NCBI GenBank assembly: GCA_040390045.1 | Contig: JAZJZC010000002.1 | Coordinates: 37,113-101,112, forward strand | Length of the DNA stretch: 64,000 bases | Direction: 5' to 3' | Origin: Patescibacteria group bacterium | GTDB lineage: Bacteria > Patescibacteriota > Minisyncoccia > Phycocordibacterales > SIBU01 | Part shown: positions 18,471 through 28,116 of the stretch, piece after piece | Layout: each line of letters opens with the position of its first letter | Position numbering within the stretch: the first letter of the stretch is position 1 | Notes under the pieces: model-generated | Told to the model about the DNA's origin: nothing | Databases searched by the model: none | What the model saw: only the letters and a program-made list of their open reading frames with translations | Made by a program: the position numbers and the translations under genes

Positions 18471-18577
18471 GACCTGCCTGCCGGCAGGCAGGTTCACGAA
18501 TCAAGAATAAGAAAAAACTGTACGATATATCGTACAGTTTTTTACAAAAAAATCGCCCAGATTTATGCCTGGGCGAT
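18471..18577. terminator. three consecutive hairpins after secY and after the antisense gene
   Basis: gacctgcctgccggcaggcaggt. aaaaaactgtacgatatatcgtacagtttttt. aatcgcccagatttatgcctgggcgat. Confidence 0.6.
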
Positions 18578-18589
18578 GAGAAAGCAAGG

Positions 18590-19066
18590 TCAATTTCTTG
18601 GCTCGTCAATTTCCGCAAGCTTTTTTCTCAGTTCATGCTGTGCGTGAAATTTCTGTTGCCCAAGCCAGTCGCGTAAAGTGAACGATGTAGGCAGTTTGTG
18701 CAAGGTCGCCCAGTTCCACTCAAACGCCAGGATGAAGCAAACTTCTCCGAGCATTTCCGAACCGGTGAAACTATCACCTACGCTCACGTTGTCGAGGATG
18801 ATTTTTTTCCGCCAAAAAATCCAATGCCTGACGATTTTACTGCCAACCTCAAGGAGTTCATTGCCATCCTTGTCTAGTAGGAAGTGGTATCGAGACCAGT
18901 TGCGGTCGGTCCCTTTTTCGAGGAGCTCCAGAGTAATTCCCTCTACCCTCACGTTCTCGATTGTCGGCCTGATTTCCAAGCCGCCATTTCGTTCGTGGAC
19001 TTTTTCAATATAGCCGGTGAGCCAGGGGAATTGTTTTAGGACGGTATTTGTCGATAGGGTGTTCAT
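18590..19066 (-). CDS. hypothetical protein, GC-rich relative to neighbours
   Basis: 158-aa ORF antisense to the operon flow. No motif recognised. Confidence 0.4.
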   Translation of the reverse strand: MNTLSTNTVLKQFPWLTGYIEKVHERNGGLEIRPTIENVRVEGITLELLEKGTDRNWSRYHFLLDKDGNELLEVGSKIVRHWIFWRKKIILDNVSVGDSFTGSEMLGEVCFILAFEWNWATLHKLPTSFTLRDWLGQQKFHAQHELRKKLAEIDEPRN

Positions 19067-19246
19067 CTTTTATCTGTGCGGTGTAGACGCTCATAGGTTC
19101 CAATGACCCAGTTTTTAGTCTGGTTTTGTTGATTCTCAATCTGCCCTCATTCCGAGAACGGGAAGAGCCAGTTGAGAAGAACGACTAAAAATCAAACTAT
19201 CACATTCATAGTGGAATGTCAAACGATGTATAGCAAATTTTCAGCT

Positions 19247-19816
19247 TTAGCCAGCAATCCAGTCCTTATAGCTCGAGACAATAGTATCTGCAACTTTTTC
19301 AAGACTATTTTCATTGGTGTTTATCACGAGGTCGAATTTAGTTTTGTCGGTGTGGTCAATGTTATAGTATTCTGTATATCTTTTTTTCTCACTATTTAAT
19401 CTCTGGATTATTTTTTCGTAAACTTCTTCAGGGGTTTTGGCATCTTCACTTTGCTGGCGCAGCGGATTCTCTGTAATATTTTTTAAGATTCTACCCTTGG
19501 CTATCTCCGGCGGAAGTTCAAGGTACACTTTGAAAGAATTCGGAATAAAGTGAAAGGCCATGCGAGCATCAATAACACTTTTTTCTGTTTCTCCCGCCTT
19601 CGTTAATTCTTCGTCCACTCTCAAATCTATACTTTTATCTTCCTCCTCTTTTTTAGAAAGCTCATTCAATGAAATGCCCATCTCAAGCGCAATTTTTCGA
19701 GTAAAGTCTCCAGCAGAAAAACGTTTAAATCCAAGTTTTTTTGCAACTAGATCAGCAGTGCTTGATTTACCACTACCGAGTGTGCCGGTTATCGATATGA
19801 TCTTCTTTTTTAGCAT
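19247..19816 (-). CDS. cmk: cytidylate kinase, archaeal-type P-loop NMP kinase
   Basis: IISITGTLGSGKSST...SAGDFTRK...KRYTEYYNIDHTDKTKFDLVINT aligns with archaeal Cmk (ITISGPPGSGKTT...KRYKEYYGIDIDDLSIYDLVINT). Confidence 0.8.
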   Translation of the reverse strand: MLKKKIISITGTLGSGKSSTADLVAKKLGFKRFSAGDFTRKIALEMGISLNELSKKEEEDKSIDLRVDEELTKAGETEKSVIDARMAFHFIPNSFKVYLELPPEIAKGRILKNITENPLRQQSEDAKTPEEVYEKIIQRLNSEKKRYTEYYNIDHTDKTKFDLVINTNENSLEKVADTIVSSYKDWIAG

Positions 19817-19893
19817 ATGTCAGACAATTAAAACATATTTTTCATACAAATGAAAATTTTGATTTTTAGCCGTAAATTAGCTATTCTTAAGCC

Positions 19894-20481
19894 ATGCAAG
19901 GCAATACATTCGTATTTTTTGGTATCGCTGGTTCAGGTAAGGGAACTCAGGTTAAACTCCTGCAGGATTTTTTGAAGGCTCGATTTAATCGGGAGGTGGT
20001 GTACGCATATCCGGGTAACGAGTATCGAAAAATCATCGAGTCAAAAACGTTGACAGGCTCTTTGGTTGTTACGACGCTTAACGCCGGCGGATTGCAACCT
20101 GATTTTTTGACCAATTCTATTTTTACCAATTTGCTCATTCGCGATCTTACAGACGAAAAAGATCTTATTGCCGATGGGTATCCGAGAACGATCGCCCAAT
20201 CAGAGTGCCTCGATGAGGTGGTAAAATTTTACAAAAGAAAAAACGTAAAACTTATCTACATTGAATTGAGTCGTGAGGAAGCCATGAAGCGAAATTTATT
20301 ACGTGGCAGGCATGATGATACCAAAGAGGGAATCGAAAAAAGGTTTGATGAGTACGTTAACAAGGTTATTCCAGCCATGAATTATTTTAAGAATAAAGAA
20401 AATTACGAAACCTTTACGATTAACGGTGAGCAGTCTATCGAAAGTGTGCATGCAGACATCATTAAAGCTTTACGTTTTTAA
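19894..20481 (+). CDS. adk: adenylate kinase-like
   Basis: FVFFGIAGSGKGTQ P-loop, the usual adk position after secY, 195 aa. Confidence 0.8.
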   Translation: MQGNTFVFFGIAGSGKGTQVKLLQDFLKARFNREVVYAYPGNEYRKIIESKTLTGSLVVTTLNAGGLQPDFLTNSIFTNLLIRDLTDEKDLIADGYPRTIAQSECLDEVVKFYKRKNVKLIYIELSREEAMKRNLLRGRHDDTKEGIEKRFDEYVNKVIPAMNYFKNKENYETFTINGEQSIESVHADIIKALRF

Positions 20482-20483
20482 AT

Positions 20484-21167
20484 ATGAAAAATCCCATTAT
20501 TATTTCTCTCGGCGGCTCGCTGATCGTGCCAGGTGAGCTCGATGTCAATTTCCTAAAGTCTTTCAGTGAGCTTATCAAGGCTCAGGTTGCACTCGGAAAA
20601 AAATTTGTGATTATTGCGGGAGGTGGTAAGACCTGTCGCCGATATCAGGATGCCGCAGTAAAAATCGTTTCTCCGAGTAAAGATGACTTGGATTGGATTG
20701 GTATTTCCGCTACCAAAATTAACGCCGAGCTCATTCGGGTGGTTTTTGCCGATCTTGCCCACGCTTCAGTTATTGTTGATGATGGTGTATTACCTAACGT
20801 ACAAACTTCGATTGCTATTGGAGCGGGAAGAGTGCCAGGACACAGCAGTGATTACGACGCTGTTCTTTTGGCGAGCGAGTCTGAAGCGTACTCGATTATT
20901 AATTTATCCAATATTGATTATTTGTACGACAAAGATCCTAAGAGATTTCCGGATGCTAAAAAACTTGAAAAAATTTCGTGGAGCGATTTCGGAAAAATTT
21001 TTCCAGAAGCTGAGTGGTCTCCGGGCGGCAATTGGCCGTTTGATCCGGTTGCCGCAAAAGAGGCTCAGAAACTCGGTCTTGAAGTGGTAATTATGAACGG
21101 TGCCAATTTGGATAATTTGAAAAACTATTTTGAGGGAAAATCTTTTGTTGGGACGACCATAAGATAA
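20484..21167 (+). CDS. pyrH: uridylate (UMP) kinase, amino-acid-kinase fold
   Basis: IISLGGS..., IIAGGGKTCRRYQ (compare E. coli VVIGGGNLFRG), and C-terminal PFDPVAAKEAQKLGLEVVIMNG. Confidence 0.75.
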   Translation: MKNPIIISLGGSLIVPGELDVNFLKSFSELIKAQVALGKKFVIIAGGGKTCRRYQDAAVKIVSPSKDDLDWIGISATKINAELIRVVFADLAHASVIVDDGVLPNVQTSIAIGAGRVPGHSSDYDAVLLASESEAYSIINLSNIDYLYDKDPKRFPDAKKLEKISWSDFGKIFPEAEWSPGGNWPFDPVAAKEAQKLGLEVVIMNGANLDNLKNYFEGKSFVGTTIR

Positions 21168-21290
21168 ATTCGAAGCACTAATTTCGAAATTCGAAACGAA
21201 CCCCGAAAATTTAAATGTTTAAAATTTTTTAAATTAGAATTTAGATATTGTTTCGGATTTCGTGCTTAGGATTTCGGATTTTAACTTTTT

Positions 21291-22064
21291 ATGAATATTA
21301 CAATTAAAACTCCAGAAGAAATTGCGATTTTACGCGAGGGTGGGAAACGTCTCGCGGAGATTTTGCATGCACTGGCCGCCGAAGTTCATCCGGGACAAAC
21401 TGCACTCGCGTTGAACGCACTTGCCGAAAAATTGGTCAAGGAAGGCGGAGACAAATCTGCATTTCTTAATTACAAACCCTACGGCGCCAACCGTCCTTAC
21501 CCAGCTTCGTTGTGTGTTTCGATTAACGATGAGATTGTTCACGGTATTCCAAATGAATCGTCTAAAATTTTGAAAGAAGGTGACATCGTGTCACTTGATA
21601 TGGGTCTTGTTCACAAGGGATTATTCACCGATATGGCGGTGACCGTCGCCGTGGGGAAAATTGATGCGTCGGCCAAAAAACTTTTGTCAGTGACGGAAAG
21701 CGCGTTGGCGGAAGGCATTGCAAAAGCGCGAGCCGGTAGTCGCGTGGGAGAAATTAGTTTTGCCATTGAAAGTTACATTAAATCGGCCGGCAATTACGGC
21801 ATTGTGGAAGAGCTTGCAGGACACGGCGTTGGCTACAAAGTGCACGAAGATCCCTATGTGCCAAACTACGGTAAGCGGACATCCGGGCCTGTTTTAAAGC
21901 CCTGTATGGTGCTTGCCATTGAACCCATGGTCAATGAGGGAGGCAAGCAGGTTCTTCTCGCACCGGACGGTTACACCTACAGAACAGCGGATGGCAAACG
22001 AAGTGCCCACTTTGAAAAAACAATTGTCATTACAGATGGAGAGGCGGAAATTTTAACTCAGTAA
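21291..22064 (+). CDS. map: methionine aminopeptidase type I
   Basis: pita-bread motifs: DIVSLDMG, HGIP, AIEPMVNEG, HFEKTIVIT. Confidence 0.92.
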   Translation: MNITIKTPEEIAILREGGKRLAEILHALAAEVHPGQTALALNALAEKLVKEGGDKSAFLNYKPYGANRPYPASLCVSINDEIVHGIPNESSKILKEGDIVSLDMGLVHKGLFTDMAVTVAVGKIDASAKKLLSVTESALAEGIAKARAGSRVGEISFAIESYIKSAGNYGIVEELAGHGVGYKVHEDPYVPNYGKRTSGPVLKPCMVLAIEPMVNEGGKQVLLAPDGYTYRTADGKRSAHFEKTIVITDGEAEILTQ

Positions 22065-22071
22065 AGGTTTT

Positions 22072-22989
22072 ATGGAGAATCAAGAAGAACAGCTCAAATT
22101 AAAAATTCAAGAACTTCTTGGTGAAGAAATTGCAGACTTCTCGTTAAAAGGAAAAGGCTACTGCAACGATGTCTATTACGCTCGAACTCGCAAGAGCGCC
22201 AAATATAGTATCAAAAAAGAAAGAACTGACGCCGGGGCTTCCAAGCAAGAAAACGATCTTTCTGTTGAAGCTGCTCTATTGCGATTATTACAAAATCTCG
22301 ACTTATCTATCCCTACGCCACGGGTGATTTTTGTTTCTGAGAATCCTAAAATGTTTGCCTATGAATACATCGAGGGCGAAATGCTTTTGGGTTTATGGTC
22401 ACTTTTTTCAGAGGAAGAAAAGATCAACACCTGTCGCGCGTTAGGATTTTTTCACGCAGAACTTGGCAAGAAAGTTACCAAGGAGATGCTGGAGCCAATG
22501 AATATCCAGATCAATATGTCTTCCGACCTTCACCCTGAAGTTTCTGCTGATTTTGGTCGATTGATTCTCGACCCCGATGTCCCTGAGGAATTTAAAATTC
22601 TGGCGAAGGAGGCCAAAGTGATTTTCGACAGGACTCAAGATAAACAATTCTTTCAGTTTCTTCATAATGATTCACACCACGAAAATATTCTCATTAAAGA
22701 AAAAAAAATTTCCGGAATTATTGATTTTGGCGCCGCAGAATTTGGCGAGGTGGCCAAAGAATTTTCTCGATACATCAGGGATTTCCCGGATTATTTCCAA
22801 TACATCGTTTCTGCCTACGAAGAAAAATCCGGTAACAAACTTTCCTACGAGCGACTTGTCAGTTTTGCTTTTTTGAACGATTTTGTGGATGTAATTGCAA
22901 ACCACAGGAAAGGAGCTGTCGATCGAATAAAAGCAGAAAGTTCTTTGGCTACTTACCAAAGATTGTTGCACCGAGGTGTTGTTAATTAG
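22072..22989 (+). CDS. aminoglycoside-phosphotransferase (APH)/choline-kinase-family protein kinase-like enzyme
   Basis: Catalytic loop HNDSHHENILI and IIDFGAAEFG (DFG-like). Confidence 0.65.
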   Translation: MENQEEQLKLKIQELLGEEIADFSLKGKGYCNDVYYARTRKSAKYSIKKERTDAGASKQENDLSVEAALLRLLQNLDLSIPTPRVIFVSENPKMFAYEYIEGEMLLGLWSLFSEEEKINTCRALGFFHAELGKKVTKEMLEPMNIQINMSSDLHPEVSADFGRLILDPDVPEEFKILAKEAKVIFDRTQDKQFFQFLHNDSHHENILIKEKKISGIIDFGAAEFGEVAKEFSRYIRDFPDYFQYIVSAYEEKSGNKLSYERLVSFAFLNDFVDVIANHRKGAVDRIKAESSLATYQRLLHRGVVN

Positions 22990-23059
22990 CTTCTCTCTCG
23001 CTGATTGCTCTTTTGAGAGAGGGGGAGTACAATTTCCAGATATAAACTAATTTAAAACT

Positions 23060-24253
23060 ATGGATAATCCAGCTCCGGAAAAGAAGCCTCCAGTCATTGA
23101 AACACCACCTTTCGACATTGACGTTGCCATGAAGAACGCTAAGTTTGTGCAGTATTTAAACGAGATTCCTGGTATTGAGAACAGTCTCGATGATGTTGAC
23201 GCTATTAAGCAACGATTTGAAACATTTCAAAAGAAAGATACAGTTTCAAGAGGATTGCAGGAGTTTTTCAAACAACAATTCGAATTAGAAACGGAGAATA
23301 AACTTTCTCCTACCGAGCTCGCATCAGTTGCTAAATTTATTGAAGATCAGGTAAAAAATAACCCTGAATTGATCAGCGAGTTTGAGGGACAATTGACCAG
23401 AATTAAAAACGGCCCGGCTGAAATTGCGGCACTTGAGAAGCAGGTGGCCGATGTGGCTAATGTTGACTTGAAAAATTTGCAAGATGAGCACGGAGAATTG
23501 CTAAAAAGACAGGCTGATTTGAAGGAAAAAGCTTCGGACGCTATAGAAACAAGGGGTGATACATGGCGTGGTATTTTAGAGAAACAGGAAAAATTTCCAT
23601 TTCTCGCAAAATTTGCAGGCAAATCTTTGGACAAACGACAAAAATCTTTTGAAAATGAACTTAAGGATATTGACGAAGATATACAGGCTAATCTAGAGGC
23701 CCAAAAAGAAGCTGGAGCTACAAAAGTAGCGCTTGCCGAGGCAAAGGAGCGTTATGCGTCAATGCGTCAGGAAATTCTCCGAAACACTCCACTCGCTGGA
23801 GAGATTACTAGAATTGCTCAGGCAAAAGCTCAGGAAAAATTAAAGAGTCTCATTGATCCGAAGGCTGGACTAGAGAAAATTGAACAAGGCAGAAAATATC
23901 TTGAAAAGTTAATTGCCAGCAGAGATTCCGAATCGGGCTCTGGGGCAGATTACCTTAACGGTGAGACAGAAGAGACGGTCAGACAAAGAATTGATACGGC
24001 GGTAGAGGGAGTTATTACTGGTAAAATAGTTGAAACCGTTAAGAAATTGAATTTTAGTGACGGAGCCTCGGAAAAGCTCGCTAAATCTCTCGAGAAATTT
24101 GCAGAAAAAGTAGGCGCTAAAGATCAAGGCGAATCACGAGCTTTTGTTGTGAATATTTTGGAGGGTATATTGGCTGGCAAGGACGGTGTTGAGGCAGAGA
24201 AAGGCCCGAAAAGACTTTTAATTAAGCGTCTCATTATTAATCTCACAAAATAA
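23060..24253 (+). CDS. hypothetical acidic coiled-coil protein
   Basis: 397 aa, Glu/Lys-rich with heptad-like repeats, no TM. Confidence 0.5.
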   Translation: MDNPAPEKKPPVIETPPFDIDVAMKNAKFVQYLNEIPGIENSLDDVDAIKQRFETFQKKDTVSRGLQEFFKQQFELETENKLSPTELASVAKFIEDQVKNNPELISEFEGQLTRIKNGPAEIAALEKQVADVANVDLKNLQDEHGELLKRQADLKEKASDAIETRGDTWRGILEKQEKFPFLAKFAGKSLDKRQKSFENELKDIDEDIQANLEAQKEAGATKVALAEAKERYASMRQEILRNTPLAGEITRIAQAKAQEKLKSLIDPKAGLEKIEQGRKYLEKLIASRDSESGSGADYLNGETEETVRQRIDTAVEGVITGKIVETVKKLNFSDGASEKLAKSLEKFAEKVGAKDQGESRAFVVNILEGILAGKDGVEAEKGPKRLLIKRLIINLTK

Positions 24254-24256
24254 TTT

Positions 24257-24541
24257 ATGGCCGACATTGATACAGAAAAATTGGAAGAGCTTTTAGCTCA
24301 AAAGAAAGGCAAGGAAGCGGCTGAGCTCTTGAAAAACTTTTTCGACAATATTTCTGAAGAGCAAAAAGGAGCGGCGTATGCTGAGTATGCCCTAATTCAC
24401 ATGAAGGTCATGAATGCTATTGATGATGAGTATAAGGAGTACCTCAAAGACGTTTTAGCAAAACTTCAAATGCTCAAGTCAGCTGAAAGTAAGACTACGG
24501 ATATGATTAAGCTTAAGCAGGCACGAGTGAGTTTGAGCTAA
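24257..24541 (+). CDS. small hypothetical protein
   Basis: 94-aa ORF starting 3 nt after the preceding gene. Acidic and helical. Confidence 0.4.
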   Translation: MADIDTEKLEELLAQKKGKEAAELLKNFFDNISEEQKGAAYAEYALIHMKVMNAIDDEYKEYLKDVLAKLQMLKSAESKTTDMIKLKQARVSLS

Positions 24542-24546
24542 TACCG

Positions 24547-24584
24547 AAAACGCCCCAATCTGCCGCCGCGGATTGGGGCGTTTT
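24547..24584. terminator. terminator hairpin
   Basis: aaaacgccccaatctgccgccgcggattggggcgtttt. Confidence 0.65.
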
Positions 24585-24626
24585 CACTATCACTATCTTC
24601 AGAAAATAGGGTATAATTTCTCCTAT

Positions 24627-27386
24627 ATGGAAAATCGATCTCTGGGCGTTGAGACCAAACAGTTTAGTTCTCCTGAAGATGAACTGAAATTTTTGCGTGA
24701 GGAAGTTTCTCGGCATCAAGTTGAAGCCAAAAAAGTTGGAACAGAACAAGCTCCTGATGTGGCTGCGAGTAGGGTACTTAAAGAATATGCCGCCAAACCT
24801 GTAGAAAAAGTGTTAGCACCTAATTATGCTTTGGAGCAGGTGCACAAGGAAGCCATTGTTCTCGAACTTTCTCCGGAAGAGCATGATAAAAAAATTGAAG
24901 AACTGATTGCTGTGCTTGAAGAGAAAGGCATAAAAAACACTCTGAGTATTATTCAAAAACTCGGGGATTTTCACCTGGAAGATGATTTTCATCGATTTTT
25001 AGTTCAGTATGTTAAAGCAGGGTTTGTGATCAAAGGTTTGCAGGAAAAAACCCCGCTTGCAAAGGCTTTTCATAGCACGCTCTATGAAATCAGTTTGCCT
25101 GAACTTTCAAAAGAAGATGGAGAAAAAGAATTAAAGGACCTGATTGCTGGCATGGAGCAATTTTACGCCGGCATGATGAGCGTTTCGCCTGACGGCAAAT
25201 CGAACAGTGACTCATTCAGTGTGGAAATTGCTAATGCCAACGGTAGTGAAGAATTTATTTTTTATGTTTCAGTGCCCGATAGTAAGCGCGCGCTTTTTGA
25301 AAAGCAGATTATGTCGATTTTTCATAACGCTAAAATCAAGGAAGCCAAAAATGATTATAATATATTTAATGAATCCGGTGTTTCGATTGCTTCACAGGCA
25401 TATTCTGGAAGAAAGCCGGTGTTTCCACTTAAAACTTATGAGGAATTTACTGTTGATCCTCTAAACGTACTGCTCAACGGTTTTTCAAAAATCAAAAAGC
25501 ATGGTGAAGGCGCCGCAGTGCAAATGGTTTTTCGCCCAGCTCCACACATGTACCTCGAAAAATATCGAGAAGCTTTGCAGAAATTACAGAAAGGTTCATC
25601 GGTTTCGCGTGCCACCGACATTCGCATGACTATCTTCGGCGCTATTATGAAGGAGGCTAAAGATATCATTACCAATCGAGACGCCAAACAGCTGAAGAAA
25701 AAGGAAAACCGCTCAACTAACCCGCAACTCGATGATGTGGCAATTGAACAGGTGAAGAATAAAGTGAGCAGTCCGATGCTTTTGACTTCGATTCGGGTTG
25801 TCGCCTCGGCAGAAAATGACGCTCGAGCCGAAGCTATTTTGAGTGATCTTGAAGCGGCATTCAATCAATTTGAAAACACTCACGGTAATAAACTTTCTTT
25901 CAGACAGATTAAAAATAAATCGAAGCTCACGGAATTTTTGCACGCTTTTTCTTTTAGAATTTTTGGAGACGATGATGCCGTGCCACTTAATCTCAAAGAG
26001 GTGACGACCATGATGCACTTCCCGTCGAGTCGTATCCAGTCGAGTCCGCAGTTAAAACATGCGAAAGCAGGCTCAGCCGCCGCGCCGCTCGACCTCCCAC
26101 ACGAAGGAGTGATACTGGGCGTCAACCGCGACCGCTCGGTTGAGACTAAGGTGTTCATGACCAAGGAAGATCGTTTACGTCATTTTTACGTCATTGGGCA
26201 AACCGGAACTGGTAAAACCACGCTTTTGAAAAACATGATCGTGCAGGATATTCAAAATGGGGAAGGGGTTTGTATGATTGATCCCCACGGCGCCGATATT
26301 CAGGATATTTTGGCTTCTATTCCGCCGAACCGCTACGAAGATTTAATTTACTTTGATCCGAGCAACACCGCGCGTCCGATGGCGCTTAACATGCTTGAGT
26401 ACGATTTGAGATTTCCTGAACAGAAAACCTTCGTGGTCAACGAAATGTTAAGCATTTTCAATAAACTGTTTGATATGAAAACGGCGGGAGGTCCGATGTT
26501 CGAACAGTATTTCCGCAACGCCGTTCTCTTAACGATTGAAGACCCAGAGTCAGGCAACACCCTTCTCGATGTTTCTCGCGTGCTTGCCAACAAAACCTTT
26601 CGTGAAATGAAATTGGCCAAGTGTAATAATCCAATCGTTACCCAGTTTTGGCGCGAAGTGGCGGATAAAGCGGGTGGGGAAGCGTCACTGGCCAACATCG
26701 TGCCCTACATCGTTTCCAAATTCGACAACTTTTTGGCGAACGACATCATGCGTCCGATTATCGCCCAAGAAAAATCCAGTTTCAATTTCCGCGAAATTAT
26801 GGATAACAAAAAAATTCTTTTGGTTAATTTGGCCAAAGGCAGACTGGGAGATATCAACGCCAACCTCATTGGTCTTATTTTAGTCGGCAAGATTTTAATG
26901 GCGGCGTTGTCGCGGGTTGATTCATACGGAAAAGATTTGCCGCCGTTTTATCTCTATATCGACGAATTCCAAAATATTACGACTGATTCAATTGCCACGA
27001 TTCTTTCCGAGGCTCGCAAGTACAAACTCTCGCTTCATGTCGCTCACCAGTTCATCGCCCAACTTGAGGATGAGATTAAAGACGCAGTGTTTGGCAACGT
27101 CGGTTCTTTGGCCGTGTTTCGGGTTGGATCTGAGGACGCGGAATTTTTGGCTAAACAGTTGGAACCGGTTTTTACAGAGCACGATATCGTCAATTTGGAC
27201 AACCGCAATGCGTATTTGAAACTTTTGGTAAATGGACGTCCTGTGAAGCCCTTCAATATTGAAACCATGGCGCCGCCAGTCGGCAATCGAGATAACATCG
27301 AGAAACTGAAAGAACTTTCCTATTTGAAATTCGGCCGCGATCGAGAAGAGGTAGAAGCGGAGATTATGAAAAAATACCAAAAGTAG
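24627..27386 (+). CDS. large P-loop ATPase of the VirB4/VirD4 (TraC/TraG/HerA-FtsK) clade, type IV secretion-like
   Basis: Walker A HFYVIGQTGTGKTTLLKNMI. Walker B FYLYIDEFQNI followed by ARKYKLSLHVAHQFIAQL (TraG/VirD4-like RK..hQs..Ql). About 480-aa N-terminal domain of unknown function. Start at the ATG at 24627 within ORF 24573-27386. Confidence 0.65.
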   Translation: MENRSLGVETKQFSSPEDELKFLREEVSRHQVEAKKVGTEQAPDVAASRVLKEYAAKPVEKVLAPNYALEQVHKEAIVLELSPEEHDKKIEELIAVLEEKGIKNTLSIIQKLGDFHLEDDFHRFLVQYVKAGFVIKGLQEKTPLAKAFHSTLYEISLPELSKEDGEKELKDLIAGMEQFYAGMMSVSPDGKSNSDSFSVEIANANGSEEFIFYVSVPDSKRALFEKQIMSIFHNAKIKEAKNDYNIFNESGVSIASQAYSGRKPVFPLKTYEEFTVDPLNVLLNGFSKIKKHGEGAAVQMVFRPAPHMYLEKYREALQKLQKGSSVSRATDIRMTIFGAIMKEAKDIITNRDAKQLKKKENRSTNPQLDDVAIEQVKNKVSSPMLLTSIRVVASAENDARAEAILSDLEAAFNQFENTHGNKLSFRQIKNKSKLTEFLHAFSFRIFGDDDAVPLNLKEVTTMMHFPSSRIQSSPQLKHAKAGSAAAPLDLPHEGVILGVNRDRSVETKVFMTKEDRLRHFYVIGQTGTGKTTLLKNMIVQDIQNGEGVCMIDPHGADIQDILASIPPNRYEDLIYFDPSNTARPMALNMLEYDLRFPEQKTFVVNEMLSIFNKLFDMKTAGGPMFEQYFRNAVLLTIEDPESGNTLLDVSRVLANKTFREMKLAKCNNPIVTQFWREVADKAGGEASLANIVPYIVSKFDNFLANDIMRPIIAQEKSSFNFREIMDNKKILLVNLAKGRLGDINANLIGLILVGKILMAALSRVDSYGKDLPPFYLYIDEFQNITTDSIATILSEARKYKLSLHVAHQFIAQLEDEIKDAVFGNVGSLAVFRVGSEDAEFLAKQLEPVFTEHDIVNLDNRNAYLKLLVNGRPVKPFNIETMAPPVGNRDNIEKLKELSYLKFGRDREEVEAEIMKKYQK

Positions 27387-27425
27387 TTCAAAAGTTTTGA
27401 AGTTAAAAAGTTTAAAGTTAAAATC

Positions 27426-28088
27426 ATGTCCGAAAAATTCCCAGAACCAAATCAAAAACAATCTGATAGTTTGAGAGATACGTTGAAGAAGGGTGTGGCG
27501 CTAGGCGCAGTTGCTGTGGCGGTTCTTTCTGCGGAAGGCTGTTCTCCAGACGATAAGAATGATGCGTCAAAGACTTCAGACAATCCAAGCCATACTCGCG
27601 TTGAAACGCGTAATGCTGGTGGCCGATTGGCGGAACAGCATAAACAACTCAGTGAGCGTAATGCGCATATCAATAAAATGATTTTGGATAATGAACAAGC
27701 CGTAGCTAAGGGAGCAGAACTCTCCAGCAATGTTTTTCTTCAAGGTTATTATCAATTACTAAACAAGGGATATGTGGATGCTGCCGACGCCGCTCTTTTT
27801 CAGGAAGGGATGAAAATGAGGGTGCTCGAATTGGCTCAGAAGAAAGGAATCAGTGTGGATGTATCAAAAAATTTTAAAATAGAAATTGTGGGAGGTTTGG
27901 TTCCAACTGCCGCTACGGTAAACGGTACCTCTATTCCGATTGTTGATTCAGATTACACACCGAGAGAGCGGGAACTTTTAGATATGCAAAGTGGTCTACG
28001 TCATCAGCCGGCCACTAAAGAAGCAAACTCTGAATCAAAACCTGTTCGTTCATCTCCAGATTTTGATGGTAAGAATGTAGATTTTTAA
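27426..28088 (+). CDS. hypothetical lipoprotein
   Basis: LSAEGC lipobox-like site after a hydrophobic stretch. N-terminus MSEKFPEPN is shared with the next gene. Confidence 0.5.
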   Translation: MSEKFPEPNQKQSDSLRDTLKKGVALGAVAVAVLSAEGCSPDDKNDASKTSDNPSHTRVETRNAGGRLAEQHKQLSERNAHINKMILDNEQAVAKGAELSSNVFLQGYYQLLNKGYVDAADAALFQEGMKMRVLELAQKKGISVDVSKNFKIEIVGGLVPTAATVNGTSIPIVDSDYTPRERELLDMQSGLRHQPATKEANSESKPVRSSPDFDGKNVDF

Positions 28089-28116
28089 TCATATATCAAG
28101 GGTTAAGTATAAGAAT

